The translations under genes were made by a program, and so were the position numbers. Below the pieces are notes generated by a model. The model was given only the letters and a program-made list of their open reading frames with translations. It was not told the DNA's origin and made no database searches. From contig MNCI01001630.1 in NCBI GenBank assembly GCA_015680685.1, positions 763,028-827,027 of the forward strand: DNA of 64,000 bases. Reading direction: 5' to 3'. Source of the DNA: Gnetum montanum. Its lineage: Eukaryota; Plantae; Gnetophyta. Numbering within the stretch: position 1 is the stretch's first letter; every line of letters begins with the position of its first letter. Below are positions 36,481-50,522 of the stretch, piece after piece.

Positions 36481-38474
36481 TATTTAAAATGTTCCAACAG
36501 GCCTCTCCTATATAGCTTCATCCATAGTGTTTTTACAGCCATGGTGTTGTAAAAATTTTTCATGTATACATTATGTAAATCACATTTCTGCAATAATGCT
36601 AATAAAATGTGTTTTAACTATAATTTTTCATTGTTAATTAATTCATTGAACAATTACAATCATTTATCTTCTGTTGTAATGTTTCAAGTAACTTAAATAG
36701 CCCTGGGTTAACCACTTTCATTGGTGTGTGGACATCAATTCCTGTTATCTTGTTTTTTTTCTTCTGTATTGGTATGTTTCTGCATCATCCCATGCTTCCT
36801 TGGTTTCTGTGATCAAGCACCAGATTCTTAAAGAAAGATAAGCTCAAGGTTAAGTTGGTGCTAAGCCCTTCGAAATTCTTGCCCCTTCCAGCCAACATTC
36901 CCAAAAATCACTCACATTAAGACCCAAATTAGCCAAGTACAGTTCACAAAAACAGTGCAAAAGCAATTCCAAGTGCAGCCAAAAACAGTCCCCAAATAAT
37001 GTGAAGAACAGCCCCAACCTCAACCAAGAAACATAGCCACTTTCCTCTCTACCTCTAGAACCAGCAAGGATTAGCCTCCCCCTTTCCTATCTGCCTCTCA
37101 CTCACTTCTCAAATTAGCATGGTCTCCCCCACTTTGCAAAATGGTGTGTAACAACCCACTTTTGCTCACGTTTTAGTCTTGATGTTTGTCGTAGTATTTG
37201 TGAGTGTCCTTTGACACTGATTTGTGGATTTACTTATGATTTCATGATTGTGATGATTTAAGTGGTGTTGATCATATGTTGAATATCTGTAGGACTTAAT
37301 GCTGATTAGCAAATTTATCTATGATTTCATGATTGTGATAGATGGATGGTGTTCATGACTATGTGCCCATGAGTTGTAGGATTTGATGCTTATTTCTAGA
37401 ACTATTGATTTCATACTTGTAACATATTTGAATGTTGTTGATGATCATGTGTTCATAATTTGTAGAATTTGGCACTGATTTTTTAATCTATCAATGATTT
37501 TGTAATTATGATGGATTTGAGTGCTATTAATGTGCTCATGATTTGTAGTGCTTATTGTACACATTTATCATGTCCTAATTCCCAAATGGGCATTGTTCTG
37601 TTAAATGTGCAATAAATCTTGTAATTATTGTTAAAAGACCCTTAATGAAAGTGCATGTTGTAATTATAAGGCATGTCTCTTTAGGAAACTTTGGGGGTTT
37701 ATGTTGACAACTTAGATGTCATGTGCACATAGAGTTGTGAGGCCAATAATAATGAGTGACAAGTAGCCAAATAATGCAGGAAAAAGGGACTTTGCCACCC
37801 TTTCTGGTCCTAGGAGCATAAATTCAGTTAGGATTTTCCATGAGCATAAATTCAACCTTGAATTTCGTAGAATTCTTATTAAAATGAGGTACAGATCCAC
37901 CTGTGACAACCTAGGGTACGATTCAATGTTGTTTCTTATCTTGAGAAGGGAGGATTGTAACTGGCCTAGCAAAGTTGCTGGTACTGTAGTTCCTTCCCCC
38001 TGGTTCAAGGACCGTGGGGCACAGGGTTCCTCCAATCCTTGTAGTCTGGAATCTTCGCCAACATGGCAGATTAAATAAGCAAACTTCAACCTTCCACTTT
38101 TACTCAACGTGATAGAACTCAATCATTAATATTACCTGCCGACTAACATCACTGCTCCAAATTGCACAGTCCATGTTCCTCTTCAAATTACAAAAGGACG
38201 TCCTTTTGCTTTAAAACTAATCATACCACAGATGAACTTGATAATATTATTGAGCATCCCTGAAGGAGACACACGCATATATATGTAGCTATTTTTGAAC
38301 AAAATACGCTATTTACATTATTAACATTGAAGCATCGGTTAATTCAAGAATCTGAAAGCACAACTTGCAGAACAATAATCACAATCACAAACAAATGAAC
38401 CGGATAACATATTAAACTTGTTCCAAGACAAAGAAGTAAACATTTGGCTGTTTGAAAAACGTAAAAGCACGTAC

Positions 38475-38912
38475 CTTCCCGCCGAGTCTTACATGCAGCA
38501 CGCTGCCTTTCTTGATTCTTTCCCAAGGAAATGCGAACAGCATCTTCAACCTGGCAAAGAAAAGGCCCCATCCTTGAAGGGCTTCAAAATCCAATTCTCC
38601 ACTGGGATACGCTTCCCGTTTTGTCTGAGCATGTTCTTCCACATGCTGTTGCTTTCCCGAGCTTTCAGCCTTTTCCCCGGCATTCTTCTCTGCTGCTGTT
38701 GTAGAAGCAACCTGCTGCTTCTCTGCAGATGACGAAACCAAAACCCTCCGTTGATATTTCATGAAACCCAAATCTTCCGTTCTCAGTCCATTTTGCAGGA
38801 GAGCGATCCTCTTGTAAGCACATGATGAGAAATGTGGATTCAGCGTTTCTTTGGCAGAAGGAGATAGGATGGACGAAAATTTTAAGCAAAGAGTTATGTT
38901 TGATTTCAGCAT
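38475..38912 (-). CDS. SPPA: Chloroplast signal peptide peptidase A (protease IV, S49 family), coding exon 1 (transit peptide and N-terminus)
   Basis: ATG in CCAAAAATG context. S/K/L-rich transit-peptide-like N-terminus, then YPSGELDF...FPWERIKKGSVLHVRLGGK, which matches plant SPPA. Ends at phase-0 donor AAG|GTACGT. Confidence 0.9.
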
Positions 38913-39016
38913 TTTTGGTGGTTGCGTCTGCTACAGCTGAACAAAATTGCTTCTCATAAATTTCAAAACATTCATCAGAAACTCCTGCAACCCACCGAGC
39001 TCCGATGAATCCAAGC

Positions 39017-39340
39017 CTAATACGAAGAAGCTAAGAACAACAAACTCCAAGACCAGCCAGTCATATTTGGGTGACAAAGAAACTTCCAGCAAGGCTGAGA
39101 TTCTAAACTTATAGCAGTATTTTTCAGCAAGGCTGAGATTCTAAACTTATAGCAGCATTGTCCGTCCATGTTGCTGCTGCTGCTACTTTCACAGGTGTCC
39201 ACGTAAAGCTTTTTCCGTCGATTATGCAAAAGAGAGATAAAACCAAAGCACCCACATCCGTGACAGGCACACCGATGATTATTATGGCCTAGCACATGCA
39301 GCGTATCTGCTGCCTTTCTTTCTGCGGTGGCGTCACTAAA
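39017..39340 (-). promoter_or_regulatory. Putative SPPA proximal promoter / 5' leader with an ACGT (G-box/ABRE-like) site and a possible 50-aa uORF
   Basis: CCACGT at 39199-39204. The CpG-retaining region ends abruptly in AT-rich DNA at about 39420. ATG at 39169 with stop at 39017. A 31-bp direct repeat lies at 39087-39117 and 39125-39155. Confidence 0.35.
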
Positions 39341-40807
39341 ATCCTGATCATAATTGCATTTAAAATGACCGTGCCTGTTTGGAGATTTGTGTAACCTGCA
39401 ATTACGTTGCGCGTTCGGTAAATGAAACTGAGGTATTATTCAAACTGAAAATGAAATTTTATTGTGTTTCCCGATTTAATCAATCATAATCTTAGATTTT
39501 GTTTAAACTGAAATTGAAATGGAAGTTTATTGCATTTATAAACCTTAAATATGCTTATGTGAGTTTTAAAAACATCATTAAATATTTTTAATAAATCAAC
39601 TAAATTTGTAACTATAATATCTTATTTATGTTTAATGTGCTTTAATGGAAAATATTGCAAGAAAATTGTCTTCATCTTTAATGCTATTTATGTTCTTAGT
39701 TTTATCATGTTAGAAGACTTAAAAGGATCTATTGGAACACTTTTTGTTAAATTTTTTTTTTTTTTTTTTGTGGACAAATGTTCAATCAAGGTAACTAAGA
39801 AAAACATATTGCTCATTATCAAGATCTTTTGAACCATATAGCTTGCATGTGTATCCTTCTTTAAAAACTTGTACCCATCTTCCACTTTGTATTTTAAGAT
39901 GTTGTAAACTTAAATGAAGCTTGTTATGTGACATCTTATTGGAAGTATAGCTAGATAGTGAACTTCTAAGTTTAACTAATTACCTCTTATTCATTCTGAA
40001 TAAATTTCTTCTTATCTTCTATATTTGACCATAACTTTGTTAGAACTTGTTGCCAAAGCAACTTACAAATGTGCTTTGGATCACTTTGTATATCCTCCAA
40101 TAAGATATCTCAAGTCTTCAACTATTGTATCACTTGAAAATACCATCCCTATTCTTTTGTGTCTTCAACAACTACGTTAAAATTTTTGATATGTTCTATT
40201 TTTACTAGTTTTTAAGTATAAGCAATAAGCTAATAAAAAGCTTATGCAAAAGGAAGTAAATTACTATAACACCGTGGTGTTTAGAACTTAGAACCTTTGC
40301 TTTGTTATCTATTGTTAGGCTTGTTTATATTTTCTAGTATTATATATTGTTAATGTATTTTAATACACATTTTTTATGCTATTGAAACTTGAAAATTGAG
40401 ATCTTTTAATTGCTATATATCGTAAGCTTTGGAATTTTGACCATTTGCTTACATGTAATACTTTGGTATTTTTATATTATTTTTCTCTTATTTTTATTTG
40501 GTTTTATCTTGTAATTATCTTTACTAATGCTTATTGCCCCTGAGTTGGACAAGCTAAACGAATGGTGGTCCATTGTTGTTGGTACTTTATTAATGTTTAA
40601 ATGAATATTTTCCATATTTTATTTTATTCTACGATTTTTGGAATAAAGGAAGAATATAGTTATGAGATCTCATCCTTTATTTTTATGTTAAATAAGATGA
40701 GATCCTACACATGTATTTACTATTTATTTGCATGATTAGTTCATTTCCTATTCAAAAAATCCTTAAATGAAATGATAAGAGTCATCCTCATGATTTTCTA
40801 GATCTAT

Positions 40808-41624
40808 TGATGAGCAGTGAGGTACCCCTATGCCCAACCATACGAATCACTAAGACATTCACTTGCAATCTGGTTGAATTCCGTGGACCTATAGTTCTTC
40901 GATGTACTAGTTCCTCTAGGAAGTAAGATGGTCGTTGAAAACGTTTGTTGTCTTCCCAACTACATTGGTGAAGCTTAAGGATATGGTTTAAGTGTAATTG
41001 AGGCACGTGATTTTTATCATTTTATGTTTTGTAAGTTTAATTGCCTACAACAATAATCAAAGGTAGAGTAATTTAGGATCTAATTTATCTACTGCCTAGC
41101 TAGCCTAACATAGGTACTCGTCCCACTTTCCTAGACACATCTTGAACACATATAGCGTTGTTGAGCTACTAAACATTAAGCATTTATGGGTTACCAAGCA
41201 CTATATGTATGCTCGAAGTAGTCATGCTTGTGTTCATTAACAACTAAAAATTAAGTGCTTAATTTAAATGCATTAAAGTAAAGTGCATTAAAGAAAACAT
41301 TAATCTATTCTCAGTGTTGCAAGGATTATCAAAAGGGTTCGTTTTTATTCCTGTCACACTGTTGTGCTCAGGTACATTAGTGCTTGAACAAAGATCCATA
41401 CACACCCAGAATCCATCTACACGCACTAAAAAAATATTTTAACTCTGGAGAAAACAAATTGCAAGAGCTTTACTATCTATGACAAAAACCAATATTAAAA
41501 TTGTGAGCTTGGGCGCTATATTTATAGGCCGGCATATACCCTGTGATATCGGATATCCAATAATGCATCTTGGGCTTTGATATCGAGTACCCAATATTAG
41601 AGCATGTCAAAACATGACTCATCA
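40808..41624 (-). repeat. 3' LTR of the Athila-like element
   Basis: Direct repeat of 49474-50304 with TG...CA ends. Confidence 0.95.
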
Positions 41625-43349
41625 TACCCCCACGACTAAATGAAAACTCGTCCTCAAGTGAAGAAGAGAAGGAACAAGTTCCTTACAAACTATTGGGAAG
41701 GTATGGGATTATTGACTATCATACAAATTGACTCAAATGGAACAAATAGACTCTGAATGCCTAAGTGTATGGAGTTACAATCTTTACAAAATTGGGTGTT
41801 CATGATAAGAGAAGTGAACACCCTGGATAAAACTGACATCCAATGCCTCTTGGCAGTTGAAGAGTGAGAGAGAAGATCCCACAATCATGAATGATCCTCA
41901 TCGTGTAGTACTGTTGCATCATCCTTAGTGAAGATAGTCCTACTTCAAATCCATGTTTCCCACTGCAATCACAAGAAAATCACGGATTAGTATGCAATGT
42001 GTAACATATAGCTAGTAAGGACCTTGTCTCATTAGTGGTTACACTCAGCTAGGTTGTGATTGTGGTAGACTGATTCCTTTAGGAGTGTTAGTGGGAAGAC
42101 TGACAAATAGGGTAAAATAGATAAGCGATCCATTAAATTGGAAAAAGTTCAATTAGGACGAAATGCTTGAAGAGGGTGTAAGAATTTGCAACAATAAAAA
42201 GGAAAGTTTACTAAAAAATGTTATGAAGATGTGGACCATTTGATGTCACTGATGAGGTAAACAAAATGATTTGATTGTAAGAGTGTCTAAGGATAAAGAA
42301 CTTAACTAACCCAACCAAAAAATATGCAAGTGGGTCCTTCCCAAAGCAGGCACGGGCCTTTTATGTCCTTGCATAACTTCAAACCAAAGAGTTCATGGGC
42401 TCCATGGATGATTAATGGTTACGAAAGGTTACGTACAAAAACTTGGAAGAAATTACCTAAGAATTCCGACACATCAAACTAAGACATTGAACAAGAACAT
42501 GAAACTAGCAGTGAGGTGAGACATGGAAAGCATAGATGGATGAGAGAGAGTGGAATGGATTTCCTAATTAAGGTCACATGAAGTCCATTATAGATTTTAT
42601 GGTTAAATGACTTGATATGATTCATCATTAGTCCATACCAAAACCAACCTTGTTCAGTGACTTCGCCTCACCATTCTAAAACCAGTCCATTCCCCTGAGA
42701 CACAAGAGTGCTCCCACAAAACAACCACTATTTCTTATTAAAAAAGAAAAGAGAAGTAGGAAGTGAGGAAGGGTCTTAGTTAGAGAGGACCTTCAGGCAT
42801 GGGTAACATGCCTTTCTAGTCCCATAACCTATGCTTCTAGCTCGTTTATATTGTCTAAGGGGTATGCTTTGTATCCCCATTATTTTTTTTTTGTTTTCTG
42901 AAATGGAAACCACACCATGCAAAGACTTATTCATTTATTGTGTCTAAGGGGTGTTCTTTGAATTCCCATCAGTTTTTTTTTTTTAATGAGAACCACACCA
43001 TGCAAATACTTATTTAGCTTCCTTTATTATTCGACATGGAACGATAAGAAATCCAGGAAAACACACATGCATTCAAGCAAGTAGAAAAGCACAAAGAATA
43101 CCAAATTCCCTTGAAGTTACACCCTGTTCAAACCTTTGAATTCTTTCTAATTCTAGAAACTACCAAAGTCACAAATTCGTTATAGTTTTTTTAATGAAAA
43201 AGGGATTGCACATTTCTAGAACAAGGAAAACCATAGAGTTTGTGAATGGGTGGATGTTGTGGGCTCACTACTTGTTGCATGAAAAGAAACCATGTCCTCA
43301 TTATCAATAACAAAATTCAAAGCTAGAATCNGTTCAAAACTTAGTTCGT

Positions 43350-46300
43350 TGAGGTACACATGTGGGATTCCAATAGAGAACCTTATCTCCCAATTAAAAT
43401 TTGACTTTCTTGATTTTAAGGTCATGACACTTTTTGTTGTAGGCCTTGTGGAACTCATTAGATGATAGGGCCACCAATTAGGTTTTGTCTAGCAAGTTGA
43501 GATTCATTAGTCTTTCTTTTTGTACTAGACTCAAGTCAAGGTCGAGGTCATAGGTTGTTGAAAGTATACGGAGCTCAGATTGAATAGGAAGTATTGGTAA
43601 TTTTCCATACACAAGCTCATAGGAAGAGTAGCCTATAGAAAGTTTCCATGTTGAGCAGTAGACCCAAAGGGCATTGTTAAGTTTTGTGCTTCAGTCTTTC
43701 CTATTGTAATTTTCCTATTGGTAACCTCAACTTGACCATTGACCTGGGGGTGGTAGGATGTTGTAAGTTTATGTTCAACCCCCAGGTGTTGCATGATCTC
43801 CTGAAAAGTAGTGCCTATAAAGTGAGCTCCATTATCAGAAATTAATGCATGTGGCACACCAAACTTGTTTACAACATTTTGTTGTACAAACTAAGTAGCA
43901 GTAGAAGATGTACAATCGATGATGGTTGTTGCTTTTGCCCATTTTGTACAATAGTCAATAACAACTATGATGTACACCTTTTCATTTCACATGGGTGTGA
44001 TGGAACCCATGAAGTCAATGCCCCATATGTTGAATGGTTTTAGTGGTTGAATCCATTGTTGAGGTCCCTCCATTCGAGCAGTCATTCCACCATCTTGTTG
44101 GCATCGTTCATAAGAGTGGACATATCCATGAGTGTCCCTAAAGATTGTTGGCCAATAGTACCTTGCCATTAGGATCTTAATGGTTGTGCATCTCTCAGCA
44201 TAATGGCCTTCGTAAGGACTTTCATAAGTGTCTTGAAGAATGCATAGTTGATTAGCATTAGGTACATACCAATGAACTAGGCCATCCGTGCACACCTTGG
44301 AGAGATGTCCGTTGATCTCCATGAAGCATTTTACCTGGTGAAGAAACTATTGTTTCTTTCAATGGTCCAACCCTTGTGGCATCTCTTGGGTGAGAAGATA
44401 GGTGAGAATGCCATCATAATTAGGCTCATTGGGAAATTGTTCAGTTATAGCCCCAATAAAGAGGAGTTCATCAGGAAACATATCAGATAGTGGGTTTTCT
44501 TCCTCTTTGTTGTCCCATCTTAACCAAGATAAGTGATTAGAAACCACATTCTTAGTGCCCTTTTGATCTACCATCGTGAGATTGAATTTTTGTAAGATCA
44601 CCAACCACTGTATGACATGGGGGCTCACCATTGGCTTGTTCATTAGGAAGCAGATGGCACTGTGGTTTGTGTGCATAAACACCTTGTATTCAAGCACATA
44701 ATGCTTGAACTTTTCTAGAGCAAATACCAGTACCATTAGTTCTTTTTCTACGGTGGTGTAGTTCAGTTGTGCATCCATAATGCTTCAGCTAGTGCAATGG
44801 ATGTAATATAGATGTTTCTTATCATCCATCTGTGTAAGCATAACTCCTAAGATGTAATTTGATGCATCCGTTGTAACATGAAATGGTCTAGACTAGTTGG
44901 GTGCTTGTAGGATTGGAGTTTCTACAAGTTTCTCCTTCAGTTGTTAAAATGCTTATTCACATTTCATGGTCCAAACAAATGGAGCATCTTTCTTTGTTAA
45001 CTTTACTAATGGTTTTGCAATCTTAGAGAAATTCTTTATGAATCATCAGTAGTAGCCATTATGTCCAAGGAATGATCGAACATTTTTAATAGTTTCCAGT
45101 TGGTAGATTATTTCTTGGATGACCCTTATTTTTTTGGGGTCAACTTCAATTCTTGCTTGTGATATTCTATGCCCTAATACAATGCCTTTCTAGACTATTA
45201 GATGACTCTTTTGCCAATTGAGCTTATGGTTTGTCTCAATGCATCATTTCAGTACTTGCTCAAGGTGGTCCAGGGCTTGCTCAAATGTAGCTCCATAGGT
45301 AAAGAAGTCATTCATGAGGACTTTCATACCACTACCAATTTACTGTTGAAAAATGCTTATAACCAAACGTTGAAAGGTAGCTAGGGCATTACATAGACCA
45401 AAAGGCATCTTACAATATGCAAAAGTCCCCTAAGGACTTGTGAATGTTGTTTTGGCTTGGTCTTTAGGCATGATCTGGATTTGGTTATAGCCACTATAAC
45501 CATCCAGAAAACTATAGTAGTAATGCCTAGATATTGTGTTTAACACCTAATCAACAAATGACAATGGCAAATGGTCTTTGAATGTTGCCATATTCAGTAG
45601 TCAGAAATCGATGTAGACCCACCATCTACCATCTTTCTTGGGCACAATAATGAGTGGACTAATCCACTCACTATCTATAATGGGATAAATGAACCCTGCC
45701 TTGAGGAGTTGTTTGATTTCCTCTTTAATGATTTGCTTCAGTTTGGAGTTTAATCACCTTTATGGTTGTCTCTTTGGCTTCATGGCCAAATCAATGTAGA
45801 TGCAATGCTAGCATATCCTAGGATCAATCCTTGTGAGTTTAGGATATGACCATGCAAAAGCTACTGACCATTTTTCAACCACATACAACAACATTTTTTT
45901 TTCTATTCTGGAGCAATATTTGCATTGATTATGATTAGCTTCCCATTCTTCAAAAACACATATTCCATGTTGGCTGGTAGAGGTTTTAGCTTAAGGGGCT
46001 CTTGCTTGAAATTTTTAGGAATTTCCAGCTCTCCCCAATAGGTATCATCATTTGCATCATTAAAGAGTTGGTGATGAACTTGCTCTAGTTCATTTATGCC
46101 TATGACATATGCATATATTAGGCTCTTAGTTAGTTCTATGCAAAGTGTGCTACTTTTAGAATCAGTGGTTAGCCATTGGGTGCCTTCTTATTTTGTGGCT
46201 GCTGCATACAGACACCTTTGAATTTCTGCTTTTGTTGCACACTGCTTGCATGCAGAGATAGATGCTCATTTCACTACCCAGAGTTTCTGCACACAATTGC

Positions 46301-48980
46301 ACCCTATAATGTTGTACGCATGCATGGAACTCACTTCTTCTTAATCTTTCTGAATGCATTTTCTTTGGATATTTCTAGGGAAAGATCTCTAATGTCCATC
46401 CTGGCATCAACAGTGCTTAGCCATGTCCTTCCCATGATGATTGGAAAGTCCCCTTTGCAGTTCTTCACTTTGATCACTAGGAAATCAATAGAATAAGACC
46501 ATCCACAGATAGTGGTCATAATGTCTTCTACTAGTCCCAATGAAACAGTGATGGACTGGTTTGCTAATTCTAATATGTTATTACTCTTCTTTAAAGGAGG
46601 TAGGTTCTAGGAAGTATACATCTCATGAGAAATTAGATTGACATCAGAAATTGAGTCAAGAAGAGCTTTGCATGGTTCATTCTTAGTAATTTGCAAATAG
46701 ATCAGAGGACTCCCAAGATCTACTAACTTCCTAGGAAGGTTTTCAACATAGATCCAATCAAATATAGCATGAGTAAGCATCACAGTATGGATCCTGGGTG
46801 ATGTTTGGTTTGAAGTGGACTTGAAGGTATTTGATATAGAGGAAGACAAAGGAATAGGATTGTCAACTACAGGTGTATTTGAGGGCTTAGGCAAATTGCA
46901 TGGTTGGAAGAAAGGTATTTTCTTTGATTGAGTATTTGAACCACTCAATTGATGAATTGGTTATAGATTAATGGCTCTAGTAGTATTGTGTTGTTGCAAT
47001 TGAGTTGCAAGTTCACCCTACATAGGTGGAGTAGGTGATAGCTATGTGGTTGAAGGAGGAAGATGTGTAGGAACAATAGGAGGATAAGGGTAAGAGATGG
47101 TATCCCTTCTTGCATGTGTAATATGAGTTCAATAATAATTAGAAGGATGGTAGTGAGATTGAAAAGTAGAAACGTGATTGGAGAAGTCACATAGAGATAA
47201 GGATTGCTAAATGTAACACCCATATGGATTAGGTTGTCAGTAAGAGTATTGCTACCTTAGTGGTGTCAATGTCCATGACTATGGTTGCTACCACTGTTGA
47301 TATTGCTCATATGGTTATGGTGGAGTTCCACTTGAATAATATTGTTGTTGCTAGTGAAACTGGCTAGAGTTACCTTGAGGATAAGGTAATCTTCTGGATG
47401 TCTACCTTTGTGTTAGTCGTGGATTTAAAACATACACCCTAGACTCTTGTAAGTGTAACACTATGGGGCAACATCTGCTAGGATGTTCATATTAGTAGAT
47501 GTCACATCCACCATCATCATCGGATTCACTTTCTAAGACCTCTTCCATTACGACAATCTTTCCCTTACCTTTTTGATAAGCATGCTCAACTTCTTTATGC
47601 CTCCTACACTCATGATCCCTACCTCATTCTTTGGACTCTTCAGCAGTTTTTAGAACAACTTGAAATCTGTTATCCATGGAGTCCCATAACTAATCAACCT
47701 TGGCCGTAATTTCAGATTGAAATTTTTGAAGCTACAAGGCTTTCCTATTTGCCACTTCATCAAGCATTGATTCTTCCTCAATATCACAAAATCGAACCTC
47801 CCTCTTGTGAATGGAAGGATCGCAATTATACTCTTTTGCACTTTCTCATTTTTTCAATTCACCTTCCTCTTTAGCTACTTGCTCAATCAATCTTTGGATT
47901 TGACGAGTGCTTAACTTTAACAGTCATCCCTGGACATAGATGCCAAGGGTTCTTCTTGTTTTAGATCAAAGCCTATCTACAATGTGGTAAGGTTGATCCA
48001 ATTGAGAATAACCATGGCCATGACATCTACGCATTAAGGAATAGTATTGGCTGATCATGACATCCAAGGGTTCATGTGCTTTTTATTTCCATCCTTGGAT
48101 TTGCCTTCTCAAGTTGGACACTTCGGAGTATGTTTGATGTTTTTCATTAAACAATTCAAGCATTGTACTCCATCATTTGATAGATTTTAGTTCTAAGGAT
48201 CAATACCAATTTTTTGCTTCTTTAATGAGTGTCCATGAAAACAAGTTAATTTTTTGCCATTCATTCTCTATGTTTGGCAAGGCACATGCATCTTGGAAAG
48301 CTTGGAGATGGTTCTGCAGATCTGAGTTATATCCCCCTTCAAACCTAGGGATATTGTTCATATCTACCCTCTTGATCCAACTATCCTTTACATGCCTTGT
48401 TGGTATTCATACTGCATCTGCAATGTTTAACATACTTCGAGTAGCAAGCAAAGTCTCATCGAGGCCTTGATTTTGGTGCATCTGATGCCCTCTACTACCC
48501 CTTTGTTCATGGTGATGTGCCTTTCTTAAATGTCTGCACCCTTGGTCTTGCCTTGCCCAATGGTTCCTTTGATCATTTCAGTTCCATTGGTCACCTTCAT
48601 CATGGTCGCGCCTCCTATGGTTGTGATTAGAACCAAAAGAAGAAGAGGATGATGATGAAGGTGAAGAGAAAGGAGGACTAGCATCATCACAATGCCTGCT
48701 ACCACCTCTTCAGTGATCACAACCATGATCATGGTTTTGCTTATTGTCTACATCCATGCCTTGACTTGCCTCTTTGGTTCCTTCCTTGTCATTGGATCGA
48801 TTCTTACCAAAACCAAGATTGTGAATCGTGGACTGCAAGTTTTGGCTTTGACATCCTTCACCGAAGTTAAAGAGAGGAATTTCACTAAATGGAAAACCCC
48901 CATAGAAGGATTCTCCACCATCCTTTTGGTATAATAGAAATGGAGAATCATGAAATATTTTTCACTTTGTAGATTCATAA
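43350..48980 (-). pseudogene. Athila-like gag-pol remnant
   Basis: PR ALLDS..VNLI / FPIIMGRTWL; RT at about 45000-45800; RH NYTTVEKEL..LEKF; INT H..H..C..C, WGIDFMG, LISDNGAHF, YHPQVNGQVE. Confidence 0.9.
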
Positions 48981-49473
48981 CGTTGTTCTAACTAGCAATC
49001 CCTAAGACGTTGTGCCTTAGTGGGATGATAATTTTTGGCCTCACTATCTTGCACAACATACTAGCATGAAGTTCCTAGAGACCCCATGATATAAGCATTT
49101 GTTGAAGCATTGCAGGAATGGATCAATTAGGTGGCAACACAATGTTGCCCTTCATGTCATGCCACTACAATTATTCATCTTCGTGTAGGATGAAGATGAG
49201 ATTTGATACATACTCATCAGGATGAGCATATACAACTCAGTATTGTTGAGGCATTGGTGGATGTACTCCATCAAACTTGGGCAGAGAATTGCTCTTGTGA
49301 AGAGAAGACATTTTATGTTAGGAGATAAAAAATCACATTGTGCTTCTTAAAATTATTGTAGTAATCGTAAGATGTGATATGACTCTAAGGTTCATTTCAA
49401 TGATTTGAATAAATTTTCACTAGGTCCTAGATAGTACACGAAATAACCAAAAGGTCCCAGGCAACGACACCAA

Positions 49474-50304
49474 TGATGAGTAGCGAGGTACCCCTACACC
49501 TAACCATACAAATCACTAAGGTGTTTATGTGTGATTTGGTCGAATTCTATGGACCTATAGTTCTTCAGTGCACTAGTTCTTCTAGGAATTGAGATGGTCA
49601 TTGAGAACGTTCGTTGTCTTCCCAACTACATTTGTGAACTTAAGAATATGGTTTAAGTGTAATTGAGGCACATGATTTTTATCATTTTATGTTTTGTAAG
49701 TTTAATCACCTACAACAATAATGAAAGGTAGAGTAATTTAGAATCTAATTTATCTACTGCCTAGCTAGCCTAACACAAGTACCCATCCCACTTTCGTAGA
49801 CACATCCTGAACACATATAGTGTTGCTGAGCTACCAAATGTTAAATGTTTCTTGGTTACCAAGCACTATATGTACGCTCGAAGTAGTCATGCTTGTGTTC
49901 ATTAACAACTAAAAATTAAGTGCTTAATTTAAATGCATTAAAGTAAATTGCATGAAAATAAAGTGTATTAAAGGAAACATTAATCTATTCTCAGTGCTGC
50001 AAGGATTATCAAAAGGGTTCATTTTTATTCTCGTCACACTACTGTGCTAAGGTACATCAGTGCTCAAACAAAGGTCTGTACACACTCAGACTCTTGTTGC
50101 AAACACTAAGAAAATATTCTAACTCTGGAGAAAACAAATTGCAACAGCTTCGCTATCTATGACAAAAACTGATATCAAAATCGTGAGCTCGAGCACTATA
50201 TTTATAGGCCAACATATACCTTGCAATATTGGATATTCGATAATGCATCTTGGGCTCTGATATTGGGTATCTGATATCGAAGCATGTCAGAACATGACTC
50301 ATCA
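49474..50304 (-). repeat. 5' LTR of the Athila-like element
   Basis: Direct repeat of 40808-41624, adjacent to the PBS. Confidence 0.95.
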
Positions 50305-50522
50305 TCTATGCTCATTCCTCCAAATCTATTCTTTGGAGATCAAGCCCTATATAATTATAGTAAAATATGATTATTAGTAAGAGAGTTACACAAGAGTGTG
50401 TATTTGTTTAACTCAATTCCTCATTTTTTAAGCTTAAATCTTAGATCTAGGGCTCTTTAGATTTTTCATTTGGTATTAAAGCCCTAAGGTAGTACAAATT
50501 TTTAACAACAAATCTCTCTAGA

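Larger units (their letters stand above)
40808..50304 (-). mobile_element. Full-length (decayed) Athila-like Ty3/gypsy LTR retrotransposon
   Basis: LTRs 40808-41624 and 49474-50304 (TGATGAG...CTCATCA). Perfect TSD TCTAT. PBS TGGTGTCGTTGCCTGGGAC (tRNA-Asp type) at 49454-49472. PPT GGGGGTA. Domain order gag-PR-RT-RH-INT. Confidence 0.95.

Noticed and set aside
39017-39295. 92-aa ORF as an upstream SPPA coding exon
   Set aside because: It has a non-ATG start, no SPPA or transit-peptide similarity and an in-frame stop; ATG 38912 already gives a plausible transit peptide.
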